This document shows, piece by piece, positions 9,224 to 18,681 of a DNA stretch of 63,491 bases; position 1 is the first letter of the stretch; every line of letters begins with the position of its first letter. The stretch is from Patescibacteria group bacterium (lineage in GTDB: Bacteria; Patescibacteriota; UBA1384; JBBRAU01): NCBI GenBank assembly GCA_038206475.1, contig JBBRAU010000004.1:1-63491 (forward strand), written 5' to 3'. The notes under the pieces are model-generated. The model worked only from the letters and a program-made list of their open reading frames with translations, ran no database searches and was not told the DNA's origin. The position numbers and the translations under genes are program-made.

Positions 9224-11869
9224 TCATGTTTGAGCCTCACGCAGGACCTCTTCAACCGTGGTGATGCCGGCCAGGGCCTTCAGGTAACCATCCTGTTTCA
9301 TAGTGATCATACCCTCGGCTTGGGCGGTAGCCAAAATTTGATCGGCTGGCTGGTTTTTGTTGGCCAAAGTCTCAATCCCGACAGACATCGGCATCACCTC
9401 GTAAATGCCGATTCGGCCGTGGTAGCCGCCGTTGCAGCTAGCACAACCCTTACCAGCGTAGACTATCAGCTCGGCCGGAATGCGAGCGCGGTCGGCCTCA
9501 TTGCTGGCTGGAATTTTGGCTAGTTCCCGTTGTATATCGGCCAAAATGCCAGGGTCAAGCGGTGCTTCAGTTTTGCAGTCTTGGCAGACTTTACGCACCA
9601 AGCGTTGGCCAATAACGGCGTTAATTGAGGAAGTGATGAGGAAGGCCTCCACGCCCATATCAATTAAGCGCGGCAGCGCACCGGCGGCGTCGTTGGTGTG
9701 CAGTGTGGACAACACTAAGTGGCCGGTTAGCGCGGCCTGGGTAGCATTCTCCGCCGTTTCACGGTCACGAATCTCTCCCACCATAATGATGTTCGGGTCT
9801 TGGCGCATTAAGCTCCTCAGCCCTTCGGCAAAGGTGTAGCCAATCTGCGGGTTCACCTGTGATTGGTTAATGCCAGGGATTTCAAACTCAATCGGATCTT
9901 CTAAGGTGGAAACGTTGACACCTGGCTTAGACAATCCGCCAAGCAGCGCGTAGAGCGTGGTCGATTTACCGGAGCCGGTCGGACCGGTGGCTAAGACAAT
10001 GCCGTACGGCTTAGCGACCGCATGTTGCAATTCAGTCAACGCTCGACCCATAAATCCAAGCTCCGTCACAGTTAAGACTCCCTTGTCTTTATCCAGCAGT
10101 CGCATGACGATTTTCTCCCCGTGGGCGGTCGGTAATATGGAAACACGAATGTCCACTTGACGCTTTTCAAAGTTAACGTCAAAGCGGCCATCTTGTGGCA
10201 GGCGCGTTTCGTCAATTTTTAGACTGGACAGAATTTTGATACGCGAGACAACGGCAGGGTGCATCTCGTGCGGTAGACGCATAATTTCCTGCAGAATGCC
10301 GTCAACACGAAACCGGATGCGCTCGTCGTCATCTTCTGCCTCCAGATGAATATCGGAGGCTTCGAGGTGCAGCGCATAAGAGATAAGGGCGGCAACAATT
10401 TTCGGTACCTGACCCTCAAGGGCAATCTCTTCGAGACTCTCTGGCGCATCAATATCGTGGTCGAGCAGCTGACCGAGGTCGGTGGCAATCTCTTCAACCG
10501 GCGCTTCATTAGTCTTTTGCTTGGCAACTGACTGTATTTTATTATGGTCAAGTTGAAAGTGGACGTTTAAAATTTTCTGACCGTCTTTGCCGGTGACGTA
10601 ACGCTCCATCGAAACCGGCGGCGCGACTGTTACTGGTTCGGCCGACGCCACTTCAGCCTGTGCCGGCGCAACCGTCGCCTGCGGCGTCTCTGCTTCTGGC
10701 CGCGGCGGCACTGTTGGCGGCGGAACGGAGTGCGCCTCAGAAGCTGTCTTTATAATAGTTGGTGGCGGCAGGACTCCGGGTTTTTCAGCATGGAAGAGGT
10801 GGCGTAGGAAATCAAAAATACCCGGACTCGGTTTCATAACATCACTGACCGGCGCTGGTGGTGGTGGGGCCGGACCAAGGGCTGGCGGAGCGGCAATCGC
10901 CAGCACATTCGGGCCTTGGGCTTTGATAATGTCAGCAACGGTTTTGTGACTATCAGCCGGCTGCTCCAGCAGCAGGTCGTATATATTTAAAGTCACGTCT
11001 AAGTCTTCGCGACTGGTTTGGTAGAGGGCGAGCGAGACACCGTTTTTCTCCTCAATTTGACGGATTAAACGGTCAAACGGCCGACTCTTGGCTTGGTCAG
11101 TCGCTACCCGAAAAATCGGCGTGGACCCAAAAATAGTCGGTACTTGTTCGTAGACTACTAGGCGCAATTTTTTGGCGCTCCCCTGGTCAAGACGGGCCAA
11201 CGCCGTCGGGTCAAGGTGGCGATCAAACAAGCGCACCCGACCAACCGGCCGCTGCCACTTATACCAGTTCATCGCCTCTTTCAGTTGCTCTGGTGAGGTA
11301 ATGGTTAACTGAACCGCTACCCCGTGGGCGGCGGCCAAGTCAGCAAAGATGCCCTGATGGTCACCGCGTAGCAGGGCTGGCCTGGCAATGGCTACGGAGA
11401 TGGTTTTACCCTCAGCAGCAAAGGCGATAACTCCATATTTCTCCGCCACGCGGCGGGGAATGATCTCGATCACTTCTTTCGGAATTTCCTGTTGGCCAAC
11501 AGCCACATATGGCAGCTGCCAATAGTAGGCGTAGGCCTGCGCTAGAGTGTCTGACCCGATATAGCGCTTTTTTAGTAAATACTTTTCAATAAGCAGATTC
11601 GGCTGCTGGCTGGCTGGCAGTTTGGCGTCGAGCGCGGCATGCGCCTCTAAAATGTAGCCGTCCGGCATTAGGTGATGTTGAGCAATGATGTCGAGCAGTG
11701 TTGGTGGTGGTGGTGGATCACCCAACAGGTGCTCCTCCGCGTTCGGTGACCCTGGGACAACCGAAACTTCAACTGGAGCGCTTTGCGGCTCTGCCGGAGA
11801 CATTAAATTTGGCTCAACTGAGGCGGGTTGAGCTTGAACAGCGGCAGCAGGCGGAACGGTCTCGGCCAA
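9224..11869 (-). CDS. pilB: type IV pilus assembly ATPase PilB (GspE family) with long N-terminal extension
   Basis: C-terminal about 440 aa is a canonical GspE core: GPTGSGKST, MVGEIRD, TGHLVLSTLHTN, tetracysteine CQDC...CASC. N-terminal about 440 aa holds two T2SSE_N-like segments and Pro/Ala-rich linkers. Confidence 0.9.
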   Translation of the reverse strand: MAETVPPAAAVQAQPASVEPNLMSPAEPQSAPVEVSVVPGSPNAEEHLLGDPPPPPTLLDIIAQHHLMPDGYILEAHAALDAKLPASQQPNLLIEKYLLKKRYIGSDTLAQAYAYYWQLPYVAVGQQEIPKEVIEIIPRRVAEKYGVIAFAAEGKTISVAIARPALLRGDHQGIFADLAAAHGVAVQLTITSPEQLKEAMNWYKWQRPVGRVRLFDRHLDPTALARLDQGSAKKLRLVVYEQVPTIFGSTPIFRVATDQAKSRPFDRLIRQIEEKNGVSLALYQTSREDLDVTLNIYDLLLEQPADSHKTVADIIKAQGPNVLAIAAPPALGPAPPPPAPVSDVMKPSPGIFDFLRHLFHAEKPGVLPPPTIIKTASEAHSVPPPTVPPRPEAETPQATVAPAQAEVASAEPVTVAPPVSMERYVTGKDGQKILNVHFQLDHNKIQSVAKQKTNEAPVEEIATDLGQLLDHDIDAPESLEEIALEGQVPKIVAALISYALHLEASDIHLEAEDDDERIRFRVDGILQEIMRLPHEMHPAVVSRIKILSSLKIDETRLPQDGRFDVNFEKRQVDIRVSILPTAHGEKIVMRLLDKDKGVLTVTELGFMGRALTELQHAVAKPYGIVLATGPTGSGKSTTLYALLGGLSKPGVNVSTLEDPIEFEIPGINQSQVNPQIGYTFAEGLRSLMRQDPNIIMVGEIRDRETAENATQAALTGHLVLSTLHTNDAAGALPRLIDMGVEAFLITSSINAVIGQRLVRKVCQDCKTEAPLDPGILADIQRELAKIPASNEADRARIPAELIVYAGKGCASCNGGYHGRIGIYEVMPMSVGIETLANKNQPADQILATAQAEGMITMKQDGYLKALAGITTVEEVLREAQT

Positions 11870-11877
11870 CTGCCTCC

Positions 11878-12144
11878 TTACTGGCTGCTAAACGGATTAT
11901 CTCGCGAGAGGGATCCGGCTGGCAGACTGATGGGCCAGTCTACATTGGCTTGGTACTGCGGCAGTTGCTTAAACACCGGGCTCGTGAGCGCGTTCAGCGC
12001 AGCAACGTCCACCGGCGGTTTGGCAGTAGCGACAACCTTAGTCAAACTGGTGGTGATGAACAGGTAGAGAAAGCCGCCAACGATGACGAAACTAGCAATG
12101 AATGCTAGGAGAGTAGAGCTGTGGAGTGAGCTTTTCATTTTCAT
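11878..12144 (-). CDS. small single-pass membrane protein in the pilus operon
   Basis: 88 aa with an N-terminal TM helix (LLAFIASFVIVGGFLYLFI). Lies between the pilO-like gene and pilB. No family recognised. Confidence 0.5.
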   Translation of the reverse strand: MKMKSSLHSSTLLAFIASFVIVGGFLYLFITTSLTKVVATAKPPVDVAALNALTSPVFKQLPQYQANVDWPISLPAGSLSRDNPFSSQ

Positions 12145-12153
12145 AGCGCTTCC

Positions 12154-12750
12154 TTACGGTACGATATTATTGGCTGCAGGGGCAGGCTGAGCCGTTAGGC
12201 TGGATGTTGCTGCTGGCGTGCCGGCATCGCTGGCCAAGATCGTTGTCCCCTGCAACTGAACAGTGATGGCCCCGTTGTTTTCTTGACTGCTCCAATTAAT
12301 AGAGGTGGTGGTGATCAGACGTAAGTTGAGGTACAGCGCATCAATGTAGTTACGAATCGAAGAAAGCGGGCCTGTCACACTAACCGAAACCGGCACAGAC
12401 TTACCGCTGGTCTGCAAACTTGGCGCAAAATTAGCCATTGTGACGCCGGCGCGGTCAGCCAAACCTTGCATCTGCAGCAACATAATCGGGATGCCGTCGC
12501 TCGCGGACGGTACGGCAATATCCAGTGTACTCAGGTCTTTCTTTTTGCCGTCCAGTTGGTTGGCGGCAGTGTCTAGCTGCGTCACAGCCGTTTGCTTAAC
12601 TGTCTTTTCGGCGATTTTTTGCACCTCGTCGGTTTTGACTTGCATATACGCCGGCAACTGCCAGTGCCAAAAGGCGTAAAGGCAACCGAAACTGGCCACA
12701 TACAGCAGCAGACCGATAATCATTGGCGTGGATGAATTTTTGGGCATCAT
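12154..12750 (-). CDS. pilO: PilO-like pilus alignment protein
   Basis: 198 aa with an N-terminal TM, a coiled segment, then a ferredoxin-like C-terminal region (IPIMLLQMQGLADRAGVTMANF). 4-nt overlap with the upstream pilN-like gene. Confidence 0.6.
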   Translation of the reverse strand: MMPKNSSTPMIIGLLLYVASFGCLYAFWHWQLPAYMQVKTDEVQKIAEKTVKQTAVTQLDTAANQLDGKKKDLSTLDIAVPSASDGIPIMLLQMQGLADRAGVTMANFAPSLQTSGKSVPVSVSVTGPLSSIRNYIDALYLNLRLITTTSINWSSQENNGAITVQLQGTTILASDAGTPAATSSLTAQPAPAANNIVP

Positions 12751-13814
12751 GGGGCAACCAATCCGCTACTCGTAGGTAACGAATTTGTCGCTGGCGAAGA
12801 ACTAGCAGATGGGACGGCTGATTGACCTGAACAATAATCGCTCTGGCTAAGCGGCGGTAACTCAAATAAACTTTTTGAGGGTGTAACGGTGAAGCTGACG
12901 GCGCTGGAGGTTGACGCACTAGTCGTTTGGCCGCTTGCGCCTGATTGTGTATCGGTACTGGGTGGTGAAACGTTGGCAAACGTCACACCAGAAAACACTG
13001 GTCGTGGCGTACCGAGTGTATAGCCGGCCTGATTTAAGTTGCTGGTCAGCACGATGTTGCTACCCGGCGCAAGCGTGCTGTCAGTTGGCTTACTATAGCG
13101 AATAATGGCTTTACAGCCGAGCATCAGGCTGGCAGTCGCATCTTGGATGTTTGTGGCTGTGAATGACTGTTTAATGAAGGCTAAATCAGAGCTGGAAAGC
13201 AGATGTGGCGTCTTGGTTTGAGTCAACTCAACTTCTTGGTAGTCCCTAAGCGCCAGGTAAAAGTAGGCAATATCTTTGAGAGTTTTGGTTTTGGCGTCCA
13301 CTTTAACGGTACTCGAGGTCTGATCAATGCTCAACGTGGTGAGCTGAACCGTTTTTGGTACGCGAGCCGAAACCGCCGTTAAAGCTCGGCCCAGGTAAGG
13401 ACGGTTCTGCGCTCCCTGAAAAATAGTCAACTTTTCAGCGATTTGGTTGAGCCGCGTAGCAGTTTGACTTAGACGTGGCGTAGCCAGCTTGATGTTCAGT
13501 CCCGCGATAGTTTCGTTGAGACCGATCAGGTTATTTTTTTTATTGACGGTAACGCCAAAGGTGAGCAAACAAACCACCGCTGAGATAACAAGAGTGACTG
13601 TAGCGATCAGTAGCACGTGGTCATTGTTTTTTGGCGTTGAGTAAAACACGGCCTGAGGCTGGCCTGAGGCTGGCGGCGCACCCGACGCGCTACTATTACC
13701 CAAAACGGGCGACGATATCGATGCGGGAGCTTGAAGCGATGGCGGAATCAAACCAGCTGGCGTAGCGCCAACAGATGGTGTCAAAACTGGCCTCGGTAGT
13801 CCCGTTTCAGCCAT
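12747..13814 (-). CDS. PilN-like membrane protein with Ser/Pro-rich extensions
   Basis: 355 aa with a low-complexity N-terminus, one TM (LLIATVTLVISAVVCLLTFGV), a coiled region and a Ser/Thr-rich tail. Position immediately upstream of pilO fits PilN. Confidence 0.5.
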   Translation of the reverse strand: MAETGLPRPVLTPSVGATPAGLIPPSLQAPASISSPVLGNSSASGAPPASGQPQAVFYSTPKNNDHVLLIATVTLVISAVVCLLTFGVTVNKKNNLIGLNETIAGLNIKLATPRLSQTATRLNQIAEKLTIFQGAQNRPYLGRALTAVSARVPKTVQLTTLSIDQTSSTVKVDAKTKTLKDIAYFYLALRDYQEVELTQTKTPHLLSSSDLAFIKQSFTATNIQDATASLMLGCKAIIRYSKPTDSTLAPGSNIVLTSNLNQAGYTLGTPRPVFSGVTFANVSPPSTDTQSGASGQTTSASTSSAVSFTVTPSKSLFELPPLSQSDYCSGQSAVPSASSSPATNSLPTSSGLVAP

Positions 13815-13873
13815 TTGCCTCCTCCTTTACATGTCTCAATTAGTATAACTGGCCTGATATGGGTTGTATATGG

Positions 13874-16800
13874 TTACCGGTTAGACAGTACTGGGCTGAC
13901 TAAACGGCAGAAGTGTGGCGGACAAATTTGCGCGGATATTTGGTCAAAGGTCAAGTACATGACGTCCGCATCATTGGCTGTGCGATTAAAGCGAAGTGCA
14001 GCGGCAATCAACGCGCCATTGAGGTGAAAGGTTCCGCCACTCGTGCCAATATTGGCACTGCCGAGCGGGGCGAAGAAGCTGCCGGCAACTTGGCTTGCAC
14101 CATCAAACGACAGTGCGCGGATAATGGGCTGGCTTTTAAAACTCTCCAAGTTCAGCAAAGTGGATAGGGTGTAGCTGCCCACAAAACTATTGGTTGAGGC
14201 TGGCGCTTGTTTCCAGCCGAGTGGTAAGCCATATTGGTCAGGCTTGCCATCTGCGGTCGGCTGGCGCTGAGCAGTCGTTGCTGTTGCCGAGCAGGTTTCC
14301 TGAGCTGGAGCCACGTATGGCCGGCCGCTTGGCTGGACTGACGGTGTCGGACTACTGCCGGAGAGAGCTCTTTTGCCCGGATCACAAACCAGGTCGCCGC
14401 GCAGGGCGGCAATACCAACGGCCGTCCGATTATCCGACCGGTCCTGCTGGCCGGCCGGATCTGTCCCATCCATAGCCATTGGAGTAGCAGCATTACCGAA
14501 AAGATAGGTTTGGGCATTGCTTGAGCTCAAATAACCGTTGGCCTTGCCGAGGACCTGGATGCTCTTGGCGCTAACCAAACTACCACGGCCGAAAAAGACC
14601 ACATTGTTTAATATAAGTTCATTTTGCGTAAACCAGATGCGACCTTCGGGGTTTGTTTTGTCGTTCATGAGCCCCGAAATAGAGCAGTTGCTTCCGGGAT
14701 TATTGAATTTATTAAGCTGATTCAGGGTCTCGGCGTATGGACCATACAGACCGGCCGTGCCGCCCAAAACGCTGCACGTGGCCCGTGCCGGATTGAGATA
14801 AAGCAGATAGGGATGAACCGCATCTTTACCGCGGATAACCAAAGCTTGCTCGCCCGTAAGGCTGTCCGTTTGGTAGCAAATACCGTAACTACTCTCTGAA
14901 CATGGCAGGGTTGTTGTGTTGGCAATATCCGTTGAGTTGCTGGCCTTAAAACGAAGCAGCTGGGTTGCTTGATAATCTAAGTTAAAGTGATCGTTTGCCG
15001 CATCGCCGTGGCTGGCGGCAAACTGACGGAAGCGATCAAGAATAACCGAGTGCTCAAGCGATAAATTAGCGTACTTCGCATTTGATAAATCTGGTGAGTC
15101 AAAGGTGTACGCCGCCAACTGCTTCAAGGTCTGTTCAGTTCCATGCAAATCGCTGGTTCCGCCACGCCCCACGACTACGATGCTATCATCACTGATTGGT
15201 TTAAATTGAATACCCGCTGATCTAATATTGGTGCCGGTATACACATCACCTTCAATAATGACCCGGAACGATTTAACGCAGCCAGCCAGGCCAAAATAAA
15301 CCGGCGGATACGCCGCAAGCTTGGTATTGGTCGGGTCAAAACTAGCGCGCACAAATGAGGTCATATAGGCATTGCGGCTAGATATGCTGGGTGTAAGAGT
15401 TTGGACAACCACGTGATTTGTAGCGTGCTGATTGGGCAGGAAAGCGGCCAGCCAGTCAATTTTCCAAGTGTGATCGGAGATAATGCCGCCACTAGACGGT
15501 GCTTTTGTTACGACAAACGTATGCGGCTCGCCATCGGTACCAGATAGGTTGGGCTGCACAGGCGAGAGTGCTTGGTCTTTAAAACTGGCAATGCGATCTA
15601 TGGGGTACATCGCAAAGGGAAAGTCGTTACCAGATAGTGTCGTTTGGTTGTCTAACTTGTCATAAAAGTCTTGATCAACTGATTTTTTCTGCTGGAATGC
15701 TTCGTCCACCGTACTGCGTGGCCAATCCTTGGCCGCCAGCTGCTGCTGAGTAATGCCAAGATAGCTGTCGAGTTTGGTCCGCTCCGGTGCGGTGATGACA
15801 GCTGATGCCTGGCTTTGGTAGGAATTTTGATTGTCGGACGCGGTGCCTGTCGCCGTGTTAACCAATTCACCTTCAGCCGGTCCATCGATACTCCAGTCAT
15901 ACGTTAACGTCTGGCCGCCATACAGTGAACTATTGGCGTCGCAAATGCCCGCCACGGCTTGATGATTAACCGTATACAGCGTGCCCGCCACATTCCAAAT
16001 GGCCAGATTGTGGCTGGCAGATGTTCCGACTATCCCCTGTGGCACACTCGGCATGTTGCCGCTGTATTTGGCTGAGACGGCAGCGATACCGGTCTGGTGA
16101 CTGGCGCCACCAAACTGCACAACATAGTGCATCTGGTCGGCCGTTGGCGTTCCCGCCGGAATAACATTCACATCAGAAGTTGACCAATCAAGTTTATCCA
16201 GCGGTTCGGGAATAGTTACCAGCGAGCCAGTTGCGTCCCTGATCGTCACCGACGTCACAAAAGTTATTTGGCTAGCCGCGACTGTACCGTCCGCATTCTT
16301 TTGTCCGAACGGTAACTCGTAGCCGTTACCGGCTAAATTGACCGAGCTGTTGCTGCCATTTGTAAACACAGCTTGGTATGTCCCATCCGGAATCACGCTG
16401 GCAAGTCCACCAAAATAGAGCGGCGTGACATGAACGTACAGCTTAGTGGTTACAACGCTTGGTGAGTCTACGGGGGCGCAAGTGCCGTTGCTGAGGTGCT
16501 GCGGCTGAGCCTGAATGGTGTAGGTCAGGGTTTTGGTGGGGGCGGCGTAGCTGAGCGTATTGGTAAAGGTAAGCGTACGACTAGTCACCACACCGCTCGC
16601 AGTGGTGTTGGTTACGATCATGTCGTTTGGGTCAGATGCGGTGTAGCCTTGGTCGGTAATGATGTCGGGGCAGCCATCAGAGGAGATGCCGGTGTAAATT
16701 TCAGGCTTCAATGGCAAGGGAATGGCTAGGCCGCGTCCGACTGAGGCTTGACCAAGGTAATCATTAACCCCCTGACTCTCGGTAAAGCTAACCAATGATT

Positions 16801-17230
16801 GGGTATAACTGCCACTTTTAGCCACTTTGATCATTTGGCTGGCCGTCAGCGGACCGCCGGTGCCGGAGTAGGTGGCTTTGACTATGTTAATTTTGCTGGT
16901 AGAGCTATCGCTCCAATTAAGGCTCAGTGCCGCAGAAGTGGAGCCATTCACCATCCATGACAGTGCTGGATTAGTAATTTTTTCAGCAATGCGCTCGTAC
17001 GACTGGCCGTCATAGATGCTCTGACAAACTTGATGGCGATACAGCGTAGCCGTCAAGGGCACGCTGTCAGTTGATTTGATGTAGAACGACCGGTTGGTAA
17101 TGTGCAACGAGTAGCTATCACTGCCGCAAGTAGCCGCCCGGGTTGTATTTACCGGTACCCCAAAGCTCAACAAGCCCCCCAAAAGTAGAACAGCCAGCAC
17201 TTTAATACCGACCGCTCTGATATATGTCAC
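13874..17230 (-). CDS. large secreted protein, unknown function, co-oriented with the pilus operon
   Basis: 1118-aa ORF with a Sec-type signal peptide (KVLAVLLLGGLLSFGVPVNTTRAA). 4-nt overlap with the upstream DUF11-like gene. No recognised domain. Confidence 0.7.
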   Translation of the reverse strand: MTYIRAVGIKVLAVLLLGGLLSFGVPVNTTRAATCGSDSYSLHITNRSFYIKSTDSVPLTATLYRHQVCQSIYDGQSYERIAEKITNPALSWMVNGSTSAALSLNWSDSSTSKINIVKATYSGTGGPLTASQMIKVAKSGSYTQSLVSFTESQGVNDYLGQASVGRGLAIPLPLKPEIYTGISSDGCPDIITDQGYTASDPNDMIVTNTTASGVVTSRTLTFTNTLSYAAPTKTLTYTIQAQPQHLSNGTCAPVDSPSVVTTKLYVHVTPLYFGGLASVIPDGTYQAVFTNGSNSSVNLAGNGYELPFGQKNADGTVAASQITFVTSVTIRDATGSLVTIPEPLDKLDWSTSDVNVIPAGTPTADQMHYVVQFGGASHQTGIAAVSAKYSGNMPSVPQGIVGTSASHNLAIWNVAGTLYTVNHQAVAGICDANSSLYGGQTLTYDWSIDGPAEGELVNTATGTASDNQNSYQSQASAVITAPERTKLDSYLGITQQQLAAKDWPRSTVDEAFQQKKSVDQDFYDKLDNQTTLSGNDFPFAMYPIDRIASFKDQALSPVQPNLSGTDGEPHTFVVTKAPSSGGIISDHTWKIDWLAAFLPNQHATNHVVVQTLTPSISSRNAYMTSFVRASFDPTNTKLAAYPPVYFGLAGCVKSFRVIIEGDVYTGTNIRSAGIQFKPISDDSIVVVGRGGTSDLHGTEQTLKQLAAYTFDSPDLSNAKYANLSLEHSVILDRFRQFAASHGDAANDHFNLDYQATQLLRFKASNSTDIANTTTLPCSESSYGICYQTDSLTGEQALVIRGKDAVHPYLLYLNPARATCSVLGGTAGLYGPYAETLNQLNKFNNPGSNCSISGLMNDKTNPEGRIWFTQNELILNNVVFFGRGSLVSAKSIQVLGKANGYLSSSNAQTYLFGNAATPMAMDGTDPAGQQDRSDNRTAVGIAALRGDLVCDPGKRALSGSSPTPSVQPSGRPYVAPAQETCSATATTAQRQPTADGKPDQYGLPLGWKQAPASTNSFVGSYTLSTLLNLESFKSQPIIRALSFDGASQVAGSFFAPLGSANIGTSGGTFHLNGALIAAALRFNRTANDADVMYLTFDQISAQICPPHFCRLVSPVLSNR

Positions 17231-17895
17231 GCTCCCCCCGAACCGACGCTCATGGTGATGCGCAAATACAAGCTTTGATTACTGCCGTTATTAAGCGCTG
17301 GAACGAGGTTTTGCAGAGTCAAGGTGTGACCGGCAATGTTCCACAAGTAGCAACCTGTTGAATTGGGATTCTTCTTGATTTGCTCGGCACAGTTGTTGTC
17401 GATGGGCTGCCAACCGGTCAAAGCCGCTAAACCGGCGGCCGTTAATCCACTAGATTGGTTACCAATAAAGGCTAACAGTTTATTAGTCGTCAAGCTGTAA
17501 GCAATCGGCGGAGTCGGTTGGTTAGACGGCACGGGAGAGGGGCTATAATTGACATTTGGCGTGTAGTTCAAGGCGTCTGGATAAGCATCAGTAATGGTGA
17601 TGTTTTGGGTTAGGGCATGGTTGGCTTGATTCGCTAGTTCAATATAGTAAACCACCTGGTCGCCACGCTCAAATTGCAAACTGCCGTCCTTCGGGTTGGG
17701 AGCGGCAATTTTACGCACAAACACCCCTGGGTTATCACAGGCACCAACAAAAATGATGCAGACGCGGCTACCGTACGGCGCCATCGCCTGTGTTGGGTTC
17801 TGCCAGGTGACTGAAAAGAGGAAGGCAACAAGCACCACAAAAGCCAACAGTAGCCGACTGCTTTGTCCACGTCCAAATCGTTTTAGGCCGTTCAT
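17227..17895 (-). CDS. secreted protein with DUF11-like (conserved repeat) domain
   Basis: 222 aa with a signal peptide. The segment GDQVVYYIELANQANHALTQNITITDAYPDALNY resembles the DUF11 repeat consensus. Confidence 0.5.
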   Translation of the reverse strand: MNGLKRFGRGQSSRLLLAFVVLVAFLFSVTWQNPTQAMAPYGSRVCIIFVGACDNPGVFVRKIAAPNPKDGSLQFERGDQVVYYIELANQANHALTQNITITDAYPDALNYTPNVNYSPSPVPSNQPTPPIAYSLTTNKLLAFIGNQSSGLTAAGLAALTGWQPIDNNCAEQIKKNPNSTGCYLWNIAGHTLTLQNLVPALNNGSNQSLYLRITMSVGSGGA

Positions 17896-18123
17896 ACCTT
17901 TGCCCTGCTCCTATACTCAGAAAATGCCGGACATTCTCCGAGGCCCCTGCTGCTTGTCATCTTCTCCAGTGTACTGGTGGCCCAGTCTAACTGCAACCGG
18001 CAAATGATCTCTGCGCCAAACACAAGAGCGTTTAGTTGCGCATCATAATATGCTGCTGTGTACCCCGAATTGCACTCGTGCAGTTCCGCTTTGCACCTCA
18101 ACATCGCCTAAAGGAAACTGCCC

Positions 18124-18681
18124 TTGGAAATCTATCCGAACCAACAGCGGTTCAGTAAAAAGTTCGTCTCCGACTACGGCAAACTCGGCAAACTGGTTGA
18201 AGGTCTCAAGTCCGTAGACCTGGTCGTCGTCATGACCATCGGCAGTTGGGACGGACTCCACGTCGGACACACTCGCTATCTCGAAGAGGCCAAAGCGAGG
18301 GGTGACTGTTTGATTGTTGGTGTCGACACCGACCGAGCAATCGAACTGTACAAAGAACCAGGCCGGCCACTTGTCGCTGAAGAATTCCGGATAGAAATGC
18401 TAGCCAATCTGGAGTGCGTTGACTACATCACGCTGGTGGGTGATGTCGATGACCAAGGCAACTGGCAATACGGTCTTGTCAAGGCGACGCGCCCGAACAT
18501 CTTCATCGTACAGGGCTATCCGCCAGAACAAGTCGCCCAGCTCCAAACGTACTGCGACCAGGTCATCGAACTGCCCCGCCAGGAATTGGCCTTTTCGACG
18601 ACAAGAATGTTCCGCAAGGCCGGCCAGGCGTATTTGGCAAAAATACTGCGCGCCGCTCAAGAGGAGGATAGCGGTGACTAA
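18124..18681 (+). CDS. cytidylyltransferase-fold nucleotidyltransferase (RfaE domain II / TagD-like)
   Basis: TTG start preceded by AAAGGAAA. The motif GSWDGLHVGHTRYLEEAKARGDCLIVGVDTD...GRPL fits the HxGH nucleotidyltransferase family. Confidence 0.7.
   Translation: MEIYPNQQRFSKKFVSDYGKLGKLVEGLKSVDLVVVMTIGSWDGLHVGHTRYLEEAKARGDCLIVGVDTDRAIELYKEPGRPLVAEEFRIEMLANLECVDYITLVGDVDDQGNWQYGLVKATRPNIFIVQGYPPEQVAQLQTYCDQVIELPRQELAFSTTRMFRKAGQAYLAKILRAAQEEDSGD

Noticed and set aside
18419-18673. An N-terminal 85 aa of the deaminase ORF as listed in the track (start 18419).
   Set aside because: This part overlaps the cytidylyltransferase gene in another frame and translates to an Arg/Ser-rich sequence. 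A GTG with a strong GAGGAGGA SD at 18674 gives a coupled start.
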